The notes: generated by a model from the sequence alone, not told the origin. 64,000 bases of DNA from Hormiphora californensis (GCA_020137815.1 CM035361.1:992001-1056000); one strand, 5' to 3'; positions 51,175 to 64,000 are shown, numbered from the stretch's first letter. Program-made: numbers and translations.

Positions 51175-54100
51175 TCAAAACATGCTGATTTCCGATAGTA
51201 ATCTCTCACACTCCTTAATAACGTCAGGTTGCTCGACGTGTAGGGCACTCATTCTGATTCTGATAAAGGGGGGATGTTAGTTACTTGAAAATATGATTGT
51301 ATGTATAATATAATAGTTAAGTTTGTTGATAATTGAACTAACTGAGGCTGAAGGATATTACAAGGGGGGGGGGACACGAAAACGTTTTGTGCACGTTACA
51401 TGTTACAAAATGTTACGTATCAACCCCCCACCTCTATTGCCCTTCTCATTACCTAGTTTCATCATTCCAAGTCTCCAGTTTCCCTCGGATCTTCATCGTA
51501 AACTTGTCAAACAGGGGAGTATCTAATGCCCTCTCGTAAGCCTCCTCGTCACTCTCTTTCAAGGCCCCCAATTCTGAAGAAGTCTTCCCGAGGAGCTTCT
51601 CAGCACTTTCTTGGAACAGTGTGATCCATTCCACCCCGCTGGCGTCGGCAAATTTAGCGTTCATCATGAGTCGGTGGTCAAAGTTCGGGTAGCTTCGGTT
51701 ACATTTTTCACATCTGTACTCGCTTTCTCCCTCTTGGGTCACCTGCGGAGGGGGGAGCCGGGATTATAGGACGGGATTTAGTGGACGGTGGCGGGATTAT
51801 AGAACGGGATTTGCTGAACTCTGGCGGGATTAGTGTTACTATCTACACTGCTATATTGTCTTGGGATGAAGTGCAAGTGCTTCTAGTACAAAAATGACCT
51901 TGTGTTAAAATCAGAAAAAGTGGTAAAAAACCCGGAAATTAAAACGGGATTAAAACCATCCTCTTTCGCAACTAAAATAATAACATCTTTTCATTATAGG
52001 CCAGTCATTTTTTGTCATTTTGGGCCCGTTTGGTGAACTGAGACATAACAAAGGTTTTCCACTTGTATTGTACTCCTATGGGGTCCTAGAAACACCAAAA
52101 AAATCGTTCACTCCAACCGAGGTGAAGAAAGTGCCCAAAATGGCCACGCCCTTTTTGCCTGTATTTTCAGCCTTGACCAAAAATAGCAACTTTGCTTTGG
52201 ATTGGAGTAGAAACGTAAATGGGGGCACTAAAATGTGTAGAATGAGCAGCAGAATCGATTGGTACCAAGCAGAAGTCGCTATCTCATCAGGTTCGAGAGA
52301 TAATTGGATAATTAGGTATGCGCATAACCGTTTTTGAGCCATATGGCTATAGCCGCTCAGGAGCGGTTTCAGAAATTTTGCTTCACAGGAGCTTGTTCAG
52401 CATATAAAATTTAGTGGGGGTAACAAATATGAAGTTTTTATCGCATAAGGTCAATGAGTTATTCAACTTTAAAGATCGAAAAATGGGTGTAAAAAGTCGA
52501 AATTTGGTCATTTTCCTTCATTTTACCCTCATTTTTCGATCTTTAAAGTTGAATAACTCATTGACCTTATGCGATAAAAACTTCATATTTGTTACCCCCA
52601 CTAATTTTTATATGCTGAACAAGCTCCTGTGAAGCAAAATTTCTGAAACCGCTCCTGAGCGGCTATAGCCATATGGCTCAAAAACGGTTATGCGCATACC
52701 TAATTATCCAATTATCTCTCGAACCTGATGAGATAGCGACTTCTGCTTGGTACCAATCGATTCTGCTGCTCATTTTACACATTTTAGTGCCCTCATTTAC
52801 GTTTCTACTCCAATCCAAAGTTGCTATTTTTGGTCAAGGCTGAAAATACAGGCAAAAAGGGCGTGGCCATTTTGGGCACTTTCTTCACCTCGGTTGGAGT
52901 GAACGATTTTTTTGGTGTTTCTAGGACCCCATAGGAGTACAATGCAAGTGGAAAACCTTTGTTATGTCTCAGTTCACCAATTAAGCAAAAAGTGACTGGC
53001 CTATTACCTTTTTATTGCAGTCCGCACTGGGGCATGCCTTGTACATACAGTTGTCCTTCTTAAGGAAGGTCAGTACACACGTGTTGGAGAAATACTCAGG
53101 TTTAGCTTCACTGATGGAAGCCTTGGCATCAACAAATGATTTCACTGCAGTCTCCATACTACCTCCACCACCACCCTGACTGCCTGGGGAGAGGGGAAGT
53201 GAGATAATGAGAGAGAGAGGGGAAGACGGGGAGGAGGGGTTATACAACTGGGAGAGGAGGGGAGGAGTGGGGTTATACTACCTCCACCACCGCCCTGACT
53301 GCCTGGGGGAGGGAGTCGAGTGAAATAATGAGGGGAAGATATCTGACTGCCTGGGAGAAGGAGTGATGTTATTATCTAGAGACTAGATGGGAGGAAGGGG
53401 GTCTCCATACTACCTCCACCACCACCTTGACTGCCTGGGAGAGGAAGGGGGTTATAAAATGGAAGAGAAGGAGAGGGGTTACAAAATTGGAGAGAAGGAA
53501 GGGAAGGAACTAGGAAGGGGGTTACAAAATGGGAGAGGAACCACCCTGACTGCCTGGGGGAGGGAGGAAGGGGCCCCTAGGGGGTTATTATGGGGGGGGG
53601 GGCTTATTATGAGAGGGAAGGAGTCAGGAGTGGGGTTATACATGGGAGGGAAGGAGGGAAGGAAGGGGGTGGGAGAGGACTGAGGAGGGGGAAGTTTGTT
53701 GTAAGATGACTGAGATACTAGCTCCCCCTCTCATGGGGGGGGGGGGGGGGGTAAGAAAAAGGGGTTTGCAATGTGATAGAAATCAGTAACCCTGCTTTAT
53801 ACTCACCAGTCATTTGCCGGACATCCTGGTTCCTTCCCTCCTTCATATACCATCCCTTCAACTCGTGAGAGTGCTGCGTGTCAGGGTTCACCATGAGTGT
53901 AGAATTGAAGCTCACAGAAACTGTTCTCCCTCCAAAATCACTGACTTTGGCTCCCTTTACAGCTACAACGGGCTCTGGAAGACTGTTATCGAAGTTGATA
54001 GCGTCATTTCCCCACAGAGTGAGGTTTATCGCAGCACCCGATTTGTCCTGGATTTTTATCTCTCGTTTGGTTAGTTCTTTGCCCGCCCTAGGAATTGAAA

Positions 54101-57100
54101 CAATTGTTATTGGTGAAAGAGATCATTTCGATGGTACCCCACGATATGAATCCATTCTAAGCTCACTCACTAAGAGTTCTACAAAACTACTCATTTTTGA
54201 GATTGTAGATACTCCTATCCCCTAATGTTTTCTACAACATCTATGTTGAAAACTAAGCTCACTTTGAGGTGATGTTGGTAACTTCACTAATCTGGGTAGC
54301 AACACCAGCAATATCCACAAAGGCATTGGGTTCCACTTTATCAATGTCCGCAATCTGGGTATAGTTCATCCTAACCTGGAGGGAATAGAGTTGAATTACC
54401 GGGTTGATCAGGGGAAAGGGTTTTGCTTGGTTACGAAGTTACCCCTTGCCAGCGCGCGAAGGTCTCCCGGCGACCTGAGAGTGTGAGGTGTCTTCGATAC
54501 CAAGGGTTTTGCCCGGTATATAACGGGTCAAATACCGTTAATTTTCTATATCAAGGGGAGTTTATCCTCCCAGTAGATCGCGATCGATCGGGGTTTCGGT
54601 AAATCAGGGCCCGGTAAATCGGGGTCCAACTGTACACATGTGAGACTTGATCTGAGTTGGCTGAATTACAAAAACTTATCATCATCCTCACCTCGGGCAC
54701 GGAGTCATCGTCCTCAGCTCTCACAATACTAGTATCATTGGTCATCTGCATTTCGTAGTCGTTTTTAACGTTAGTATACTGTTTGTTGGCTGTTTTCAGG
54801 TTACACCTGCTGATGTAGTACACTTTTCCTTGTTCGACAACGTTGTAGAACCTGTCAACCGCTTCTGTGAATCCTGTGAGAGGGAGGAAGGGGTGTGAAT
54901 CCTGTGGGAGGGGGACGGGGTGTGGATCCTGTGGGAGGGAGAAAGGGGTGTGGATCCTGTGGGAGGGAGAAAGGGGTGTGGATCCTGTGGGAAGGAGGGA
55001 GGGGTGTGGATCCTGTGGGAAGGAGGGAGGGGTGTGGATCCTGTGGGAGGGAGAAAGGGGTGTGGATCCTGTGAGAGGGAGGAAGGGGTGTGAATCCTGT
55101 GGGAGGGGGACGGGGTGTGGATCCTGTGGGAGGGAGAAAGGGGTGTGGATCCTGTGGGAGGGAGAAAGGGGTGTGGATCCTGTGGGAAGGAGGAAGGGGT
55201 GTGGATCCTGTGGGAAGGAGAAAGGGGTGTGGATCCTGTGGGAAGGAGAAAGGGGTGTGGATCCTGTGGGAAGGAGGGAGGGGTGTGGATCCTGTGGGAA
55301 GGAGAAAGGGGTGTGGATCCTGTGGGAAGGAGGGAGGGGTGTGGACAGAGGGTCGAGCAAGGCAATCACATGTCTATTCGATGTCGTTCTCCGTGTGGAA
55401 CGAAACGAAAGAAGACTATGGTCTATACAAGAAGAAATATATAAGAAACTGTTTCTTTAGATCTGCCCTAAAATTGAAGAGTTCTCTTACCAGTGCATCT
55501 GATTTCCCCACTCTCGTCACACAGCTCCATGGAAAACAACTTTCCCTCCCCCCGGGCATTTGACCATGTCCTAATATCAGACTTCTTTGAAACTCTACCG
55601 GGAGAGAAAACTTTTAAAGCTTTCTTGCAAAAGAAAATGGTAAACCCCTTACAAATATTTGACCCTTATAGTTTTAAGAAAATGGTTAACTTTCCCCAAA
55701 AACCCTTAGTGCATTATTACTTCAACACAGCCGACTGTACTGCAGTCGGACCCCGATTTATCGGGGAAAAGGGCTTTCCCCGGTAAATCGGGGTTCCGGT
55801 AAATCGGAGCCCGGTAATTCGGGGTCCGACTGTACACACAACTCACCTTGCCTTGATAAGCCATTTGTTCTGGTAAGGGTTGAGAGATGTGATGGGTTGG
55901 ACTTGGGACGCTGAGGGAGTCATACCTACCAGGCCCCCTGGAAGGGAGGGAGGGTTAGGGAAGTGTCAGCAAACCAAAAGTAGGGGGATTGTGAGCCTAG
56001 TTCACACAGTTTTGAATCATCGGTTCTGATCCAGATTCCCGGTTGTTTGAAAATATGCTGTAATCTGTATGGATTTAAACAGGTTCAAATCCTGTTTAAG
56101 TCCATACAGATCTAAGTTCAGTTTTTGCTTACCAGTTGAGCCATTTCGCATTTGCGGAGAGGTCATGTTGTTGTTGTTGTGTGTTGGAGCTGGAACCTCC
56201 TCTTTCACTGTCGCGGGATCCAGCTTTGTAGGTTCTCCTGGAATTAATTATTTGATTAATTATTCAATTAATTAATTAATTAAATAATAATCCAACTGAT
56301 GTTTAGTAGACTCGCCTCCTATCTGTTATAATTTAGTGTTATCTCATTTTGGTTAACCAAGTGGGAATCAGGTGACATGACAGAAAAAACCAACTAACCG
56401 ATTTTAGCATCAAGTTGTTCAAGGACAGTAAACCCAACAATGATCAGGGCCTTCCGCCCCTCATTGACACGCTGTATGTGACTGTTATCGACTCTAATCA
56501 CTGCAAACTTCTGAACTTCTCCCTTCAGCTGTACAGGGGGATTTGAGTCATTATATGAGCAGGTAGCAGATTCAACTTACCCTAGTTACCCTACTCCCTA
56601 GTGCAAGATTTCGATCAGCTAATTTATACAAAACTTGGGTTATTGTTAAACTTGGGTTATTGTCGTTTACGCGGTACGCCATTCAAATTATCATGTTGAA
56701 AGTTGAAATTAAACGTCTTCTTAGAGCCTTAATTAACGAAACTTCATCTTAGATAGATGCTAGATGTACATACCTTGTTTGCACATTCCTCCCCAATGAA
56801 GATTGATGTCGTCACATACATCCCATCACTCAGGAGTACTTTGTATCGCTGAGAATCACTACCTGAAAAGGGGGGGGGGGTTGAATAAACTGATTTTAAT
56901 CCAACAAATAACAAATTAGATAACATTATCGTCCGGTGAATCGAGAAGATCATCGAAACCCTGTGAACTGACTGAGCTGACGACTGACGACAGTTGTTAT
57001 TTTCCCTGATAAACTTTTTATACCACATTCAGACGGCCCCGGTTCGGAGAGGCCCTCTTTTTGAGACAATGACGAACTTGGTTACGAAGTCACCCCTACT

Positions 57101-57368
57101 ACGCTGGGGGACCACTACGCTGCTCATCCGGGCCCCGGGAGCTCGCGAAGAGGAGTAATTTCAGTACCACATGATATACACTTACTTTGCCTAGCTAGAC
57201 TGTGTTTCGCGTGACCCTTCTTTACAAATGTAAAGGAGGGTTAGAACATAACTTACTAGGATCAGCAGTGATACGAGATGCATTGATTTGGCAAATAGGA
57301 TGAAATCCACTAAGATCGGTCATCTCAAAGAAACGCCTGATGGCCCCCTCTGTTAGCTTTGTTGGCAT
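51175..57368 (-). CDS. RPA1: Replication protein A 70 kDa subunit, ~14 exons
   Basis: RYKVLLSDG; [50 protein letters not shown]; LKTANKQY; [23 protein letters not shown]; [14 protein letters not shown]; [18 protein letters not shown] zinc finger; [10 protein letters not shown]. Confidence 0.97.
51999..53001. mobile_element. ~1-kb near-perfect palindromic element inserted a few nt after an RPA1 donor site
   Basis: ta-GGCCAGTCA ... TGACTGGCC-ta; inner arms 52030-~52495 and ~52517-52980 are nearly identical. Confidence 0.9.
54872..55345. repeat. 28-bp intronic minisatellite (~17 units), each a copy of the RPA1 3' splice site
   Basis: Minus-strand unit acacccctttctccctcccacag|gatcc; the last unit is the in-frame acceptor ctcacag|gattcacagaa (GFTEAVDRF). 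Confidence 0.92.
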
Positions 57369-57740
57369 GGTGTCTGACTACTACTAATGGGAGGGTTAAA
57401 ACTAGTCAATATAATTTATGTGGTTTTAGGAGTGTTAATCAGATTAGTGTTAATTATCAAATTAGGAGACTACAAACAAAGAGTTTCATAAAGAGTTTTG
57501 TAAAGAAAGAAAACAACAATAAATCACAAAATTTATACAAAATTCACACACACGCAATATTTTGAAGAAGAAGCCTTTACAGCGATATATCAAAAACCAG
57601 TTCATTAATTATATCTCCAGTCGGACCCCGATTTACCGGACAAAACCCTTTCCCAACCATCCCGGTAAATCGGGGTCCGACTGTATTATAGAGATGAGGC
57701 TCATACAATAACCCGGTAGCCTACTAAAAAATACACCCTG

Positions 57741-60700
57741 CTAAAAGTTCAAGTTAGTCCTGCTAAGTTTCCGTGCTAAAAGTGTTGGCGTACTGCTTCC
57801 ATCGTTGTTGCCAGCGTGCTCGAGAGAACGTAGCTTTTTAATTACCGCCTCCAACAACTGTGTCATCTCTTTCTCGTTCTTATTCTGCAGTGGAGATAAT
57901 TAATAATTAATACTAATGAGATCATGCATGATGCAGCAGTTAGAATTGTGAGAGTCCGGTCAGTCATGAATCTGTATAAATAGTCAGTCATGAAGTTACC
58001 TGTGTAAATGCTTTAAAAGAGAACCGTTGTCGATCTTTGGGAAGGAATCTCTCCAATATTGAAGCTAGCACCTGGGAACAAATGGTTGTTATTCGGTAAG
58101 CACTTGAAAAACAGTTTTGCTTGAGTTAGTTTGCCTCTAGCACGATCCTAGTCGATTCACTAAGAATTCTTAAGTAAAACCAAAGGATGACCTGATTCAA
58201 ACTAAAAATGTGTCGAGTATGTAAACAAGAAAAAGGGTGTATAGCTGGGGACCTTAGCTGATATAGAGGGGTCACGTGTGATGAGACTCATTGTCCAGAG
58301 ACCAGGAACCGACCGAGTCAGAAAATACTGGTCCCTGATTGGCTGATAACCAGTCACGTGACCTAAATAACGAGTTCTGATTGGTTTTTTTATTTGTGTC
58401 GGTCTCACCTCTGGATTGACAGTTTTAGCTCTCTGCCCAGGTTGGTATTCTGCAATGTATTTATCGTACTCTCCTTGCTTTATCAAATTAATCAAATTCC
58501 GTAATGACTGACCGGGAGGGATTTGGGATAAAAATTAAACAATTGAGAAAAAGTGCAGGGTATATTTGTCACCATGGTAACCCATCTAAGTGTACACTGG
58601 AAAGTGAAAAATGTGACCCTGATACTTGATGATCACCGATCACTGCACTGATCACTGATCAGTCTTTCTGGTTTCCTAACCGGGCCGGTGGAGTACCTCT
58701 CCAACTAGTGAGTAGTGATCAGCTCATTAGTGTACACTGTACTACACTGTACAGTGCAACTCAACATGATCTCTCTAGCTCTGATTTCAACTAAATTATC
58801 ACAAACTCTCAACTCTCTAGCTCTAATTTCAACTAAATTATCACAAACCTATACCTGTATTGGAATGAGAAGTTTAATTTCTGACACCCCAGCTACTGGT
58901 GAGTCCAAAGCGAACCCTTCGTAGGCTATCACATCCTGGTCCAGTATGTCCAGTGCTACCCGTGTCATCTGAATGGAGTGTTATTACATGGTTGTTGTGA
59001 TGATAGTGACGATTTAGTGGCAGGATTTTTTTCTCCCGATATAGGAAATTAACATTGGGCAACATTTTTTGACCCCGATTTAGTGGACACCCCGATTTAG
59101 TGGACAAATCCCTTTCCCCCGAGGATGCCACTAAATCGAGGTCCGACTGTACCAACCATTGCACTGTTTACTGAACTGTGACGTCACACAGAGGGGTGTG
59201 ACGTCACGGAATTGAACAAATGCCAACTAAAACTTGCCAGTCTTGTCTTACTTCGCGAACTGTGCTAACTTGAATTAGCTGGTCTCTGCTGGAAGTGATG
59301 TAAAACTAGTACCTGTGTAATAGAGGGGTCAATAAAGATGTCGTATAGTTTCTTGGAGATGTGGTTACCGGCTGCCTCACATGATCCAATCGCTACGTTC
59401 TGCTCCAACTATGTGAGAGATAAAGATTACAACTCTCCGGCATTTAACATGTTTAAGTGATCTTTATTTTTAGCGCCATCGCAGCTTGTACTTCAATGTT
59501 CATATTTTCAATAGTTTTTATTGGAGACAGCACAAACAAGTTGGTAACTTGGTAATGAAATTACCCCTCTGCGCTAGCTCACGGAGGGGTAATAATATCG
59601 CTTGTACGGCGGGAAAAAAATTCCTGTGTCCAAACTACAAAATAGAAAGTTCTAATTTTTTGAACATACCGAGGAAATTGTCTGAGCTACCATTACATAC
59701 CGGAATTTTTCGATATTTTGGCCATTAACACTGTTTTTGTTTTTGGAAAACTATGAAGATGCTGGAATTTGGCTACAAAAAGCTTCAGAAATGTGCAAAA
59801 TGCCATTCCAAAGGTATTAGAGGTGGATTCATTGATAACTAAGCTATATTCGAGTCAGAATAAATTCCACAAGATTGGAATTTTATGCCCATATAAGGAG
59901 TTATGCGACACACCTCTGTTGTTAAACATGTGGTGGAATCGCTACCGGTCGTTACTTTCTGTAGAATTCAGGTCCTGGTTACTATACAAACTAGTACCAT
60001 ACGTTTTAGATAGGTTTTAGACAAGTTTTCGATAACTTTTCATGAGAAGGTCCTGTAAATTTTCATTTTTAGGTAGGCGGTATTGTCACCCCTATATGCA
60101 ATAATAGGGGTGACTTCGTAACCAAGTTGGTAACGAAATTACCCCTCTACATTGCGATAGTAAGGCACGTTTTAGCGTGCCCGCAATGTAGGGGTAATTG
60201 CGTTACCAAACAAACAAGAGAACATCTAAAACACCTGAAAATACAGTTTCCAAATACCTGTGTGAACGTTTTGAAGGTGTTTTTCAGGTAGTTCAGTAGG
60301 TCGTTCATGTAATCCGAGGGGTACTCCCGGGCTTCTGTTGTCATCCAGTTGTACCTGAGAAAGTGCCCATATATGGTGTTGTTTCTCACAGGGAGTGTGA
60401 CCATATATGGTGCTGTTTGTGACTATATATGGTGCTGTTTGTGACCATATATGGTGCTGTTTGTCAAGTGACAGGGAATAAACAGTTAGTTATTATGTAC
60501 CTGGTTGTTTTACCGCTGACGTGTTATATTTTGTTCAGAATTTCACTACAGGAATCATACCTTGAAAGCTCAAAGAATTCGTCGATCTTTTCCATTAGTT
60601 TGGCGTGTATCCGAGTCTTGGCCTCCTCTTTCACCTGCAAAGAAGTCCGTTAGAAACCAGCACTTACAAAAAGCTGTCAACCGGTCCATATTTGGCTATG

Positions 60701-63700
60701 CCCATATAAGGTATGTTTTTACCTTGACGAACATCTTCAGCCCGTAGAGGTCTCTAGCTCGAGTTGTATCTGACACTGTACAGCCAGTTTTAGAAGACAC
60801 AAACGTCTCCATACAAGAGGAATATCTGGTGAGGAATTAGCAATGAGAGAGAGAGAGAGAGGAGAGAGAGAGAAGAGAGAGAGAGAGAGTGAGAGAGAGA
60901 GAGATAGGACCTATAGAGTAGATAGAGAGATATGATCTATAGCTCGAGATAGACTAGAGAGGATAGAGAATATAGAGAGCATAGATAGAGATAGATAGAA
61001 TCTAAAGAGACGAAGTCCTTACCAAGCAATTATGAAGTATGGGAGTCAAAACAAAATTAAACATTGTCATAATGATAATGATCTTACTTCTGTAGGAAGT
61101 GTGTTTAATGATTTGAACTATTTGAGACAACACCGGAGTCTCTCCTTCGTTGTCATTGTATTTCCAGTAGACATTCTTTATTTTAGTAGCAGCCGTATAG
61201 TTTTGAAACCATCACCAGTCATCCACCTAGAGTATGTACGTTGAGTTATCTGTATTATAGGGATCTACGAGGGTCGGGAGTTATCTTATTTCAGAGTGTA
61301 CCAATCCTGTAATTTAAATTATGTTGCAACGAGGAGAAGCCCAATGTCTATTGGTAACTTGAGAGAGACTTCCAGCCGTTCCCAGCAACCAAGATTGTAC
61401 ATCGTGACCCGATTTATTCAGGGATCTCGAAGGCGAAAGAGGTTTGCCCGGGTAATGTACAAGGACTCTTTCTGGAATCCAAATCCAGAATGAGGTTGCA
61501 ATCTAAGTGAACTCCAATGTCTTCCCTCATTACTTCTGGGAATTTTAGCTTGGGAATCATCTAGGTACAGAATGGGTAGGAAGACTTTCGATCAAAGAGG
61601 AGAGGATGGATTTGTCGATTGCGTTGTAGGCACAGCCCATTAGGTTCTGCAGCTCGATATCAGACTCGACAGTCAGGGAGAGTAGTTGTCTTGGTCGAAC
61701 ACCTGAACAAGTTGGGTACAATGTCTCCTCTCTTTTAGGAAGGGGGTAGAGTCACTAGCCCCCATCCAGAGTATGGAGTGTGATTTAAGAGTTTTCTAAC
61801 ATCTGACAAACTTACATGTCTAAAATTTCCCCTTCCAAACTTTCTGTAAACTATCACAGTACTTCTGGTATAGGTCGATTAGTTGTTTATACAGCTTGCT
61901 GACGTTCAACTCATACCTAGAAGATAACAGACTTGGTTAACTTTAGTTAACAATCATACTTTTACTCTCCTTAGTAAAAGTAATAATCTCACTTTTACTC
62001 TCCTTACTAAAAGTAACAATCTCACTTTTTAGCTTACCCTGACAATGTTTGACAGAACAGCACCAACAACAACTTCAAATCCAGTAACTGGTGTGGTTTG
62101 TCTTGTTTATAAAGTAGAAACTGATCTAAACTGCCCAAACTGTGCAGGAAATGTGTCCATAACTCGTCTATTGTAGCATGTGTCACCAAACCTGTAATTT
62201 TAAGTTGTGTCAAAGATGGAGAGGAGCAGAGAAGTTGTTTTGTTCAAACCCTTTTTTATTGTAGTGAGACAGGGTCGAGCAAGGCAACTCAAAAGTAAAA
62301 ATATGTTCAAACTTCAAGTTTCCTCAAAAGACAATCGAAAAATAATTGCTCCACCCTGTGTGGTGTGTAGTAGTGTATTTTCAATGACAAAGAATCCAAC
62401 AACTCCAGAGAAGAACCGAACCACATTTTTAGCTTCCTCTTTCTCCTGCTCTTCCCTTTCTTCTTGGGACTGGGGGATTGGGTGTGTTAGCGGGGGAGAT
62501 GATCATCTAGTGAATATAGATGGTGATAGGGGAACACATTTTCATCTCGAAGAGGTCAAAGTATGTTCTCTCCTATCTCATATCTCATACTACGTCATGA
62601 AACTTCAAAAAGCAGCGTGAAATGAAACATCAAAAAACAATTCGCAATATTACTTCTTACCATCTGTGTAGAAGCAGGGTAGGTTCTTGGTTCATATTTG
62701 AATGTTAGATCTGCCTGTGCCTTTCTGTCTGCGTGATACTCTTTTGAAAAGTCAGCCTTCTCTCCTGATCGTGGGAAAATAATTGGTTGAAAAGGGATTG
62801 TATATCAAAAAACTGAATCTATGCACATTGCACAGTCTCTTTCAACTTGACAATTTCGTTTGAAAACAACCAATAATAAAAATTCAACCCAGAGAGAATA
62901 ACTAAAACTCAGCTTTCTCATATAATTGTAAATCTGAACATACCAATTACGGAGTAGATATGGAGGCAGTAGTAGATGGGGGCAAAGTTTATGAAATCAA
63001 GAGGTCCATCTTCAGTTGACGCAGGTCGCCTTCCTAACACATGCTCCATAGGTATATTGAGGGCTCCTTGTGCCTGAGATATGAACGGAGGGTAGTAACT
63101 ACTGTTTACAGTCCCAGATGAGCAAACCAAACCAACCAAACCAAACCAAACCAACAACCAAACCAAACCAAACCAAACCAAACCAAACCAACAACCAAAG
63201 TACAATTCTGACAAAACAAGGAGATAATTTCTGTTGATTGAAAAGTTTCAAAAAAGAAGCGACCTCACATACCTGCCACATAGCGTTCATTCCTATATCA
63301 GGGGACATGTCCCGTATCGACTTGAGGAACTCTTTCATATCACATCTGAAGAGAAGGGGGATAGCTATAATAGCAGAAGGAGGATGGTTATAGCAGAAGG
63401 GTCAAGGGGAAATGGTTAAAAATTCACAGTCAGATCTCGATTTACCGGATAACAGGGAGTATAAATTTCACACGACATAAAAATGAACGGTATTTGACCC
63501 TGATTATATACCGGGCAAAACCGTTTCCCCCGAGCGCGGTGACTTACCGTGATAACATCCTTGATGGTCCTGCCGTGTTTTAGGGACTCGGCTGATTCAT
63601 GATGCGTGCGAAAGCTGAAGCCATTATTGGGGGAAGAGGTGCGTTGTGCGCTAGATGTCCGGGGGGGGGGAATTACGAATAATGAGTGTTGTGCAATTGA

Positions 63701-63990
63701 CAAGTTGTGATCAACTATCATCTCAGTTCCCACAATCACGCACAATCCCTCAATATCTTGTGGGACTGCCTTTTTACTAAGTATCATATTTGCCTTGCTC
63801 GACCCTCTTTTACCGTACCACGGTATGGAAAGGTTAGAACATTTAAACAAGATCATCTTACCTTCCCAAACACTAAAATCAATACACCCCTGCCTTCTTA
63901 CCAAGTATTTTTGATTGCGGAATAGTAATTCTTGTTTGACATTTCCTTCTTCAGCTTATTATAAAGATCTAACACGGGGATGCACAGCTT
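57741..63990 (-). CDS. EXOC6: Exocyst complex component 6 (Sec15), 3' portion; the gene continues beyond the window and some exons carry apparent indels
   Basis: MKEFLKSIRDMSPDIGMNAMWQ; INFAPIYYCLHIYSVI; EYHADRKAQADL; FFSGVVGFFVIENTLLHTT; GLVTHATIDELW; KIDEFFELS; PSDYMNDLLNYLKNTF; the Sec15 motif order ends ..VIKKLRSL..NLNF*. Confidence 0.85.
59541..60209. mobile_element. Nested MITEs: the 577-bp element (59549-60125) inserted into the left TIR of an ~83-bp relative
   Basis: Outer TSD acaaacaag (59532-59540 / 60210-60218); inner TSD gttggtaac (59540-59548 / 60126-60134). Confidence 0.88.
63124..63195. repeat. (AAACC)n microsatellite
   Basis: Direct pentamer run. Confidence 0.9.
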
Positions 63991-64000
63991 GATAGCCTGG

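Noticed and set aside
42759-55345. CRISPR-like arrays (25-, 28- and 43-bp repeats)
   Set aside because: No unique spacers, no cas genes, eukaryotic intronic context.
61290-61700. EXOC6 as a pseudogene because some exons do not stay in frame
   Set aside because: Similar indels occur in other conserved genes near poor-quality sequence; sequencing error is more parsimonious.

Overview
Eukaryotic (animal) genomic DNA with compact intron-rich genes, long (CT/GA)n microsatellites and a very high density of non-autonomous inverted-repeat DNA transposons. The style suggests a non-bilaterian such as a ctenophore, but this is inference and cannot be confirmed here. Spliced genes reconstructed by hand from GT..AG boundaries and reading phase: (-) a secreted two-repeat protein; (+) the C-terminal PH exons of a cytohesin; (-) a PPP1R37-like LRR protein; (-) Tctex-1/DYNLT; (-) a TMEM272-like protein; (+) PRA1/RABAC1; (-) a multi-exon gene with a THAP-domain exon; (-) RPA1; (-) the 3' part of EXOC6/Sec15. 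Mobile DNA includes a decayed Penelope-like retroelement (RT + GIY-YIG) ending in a hammerhead-ribozyme-like motif and apparently inserted into the last TMEM272-like exon. There is also a 5'-truncated CR1/L2-type LINE inside one arm of a 4.4-kb foldback, nested TTAA-flanked (Kolobok-like) palindromes, and Tc1/mariner-, hAT- and 9-bp-TSD MITEs. Notable recurring patterns: unpaired splice acceptors a few nt upstream of most start codons (possible SL trans-splicing/operons), intronic tandem arrays built from copies of the adjacent 3' splice site, and candidate mutually exclusive N-termini with or without THAP. About 14.3-17.96 kb (and about 5.0-5.3 kb) is low-quality homopolymer-rich sequence, and most ORFs in the supplied track are microsatellite or repeat artefacts.
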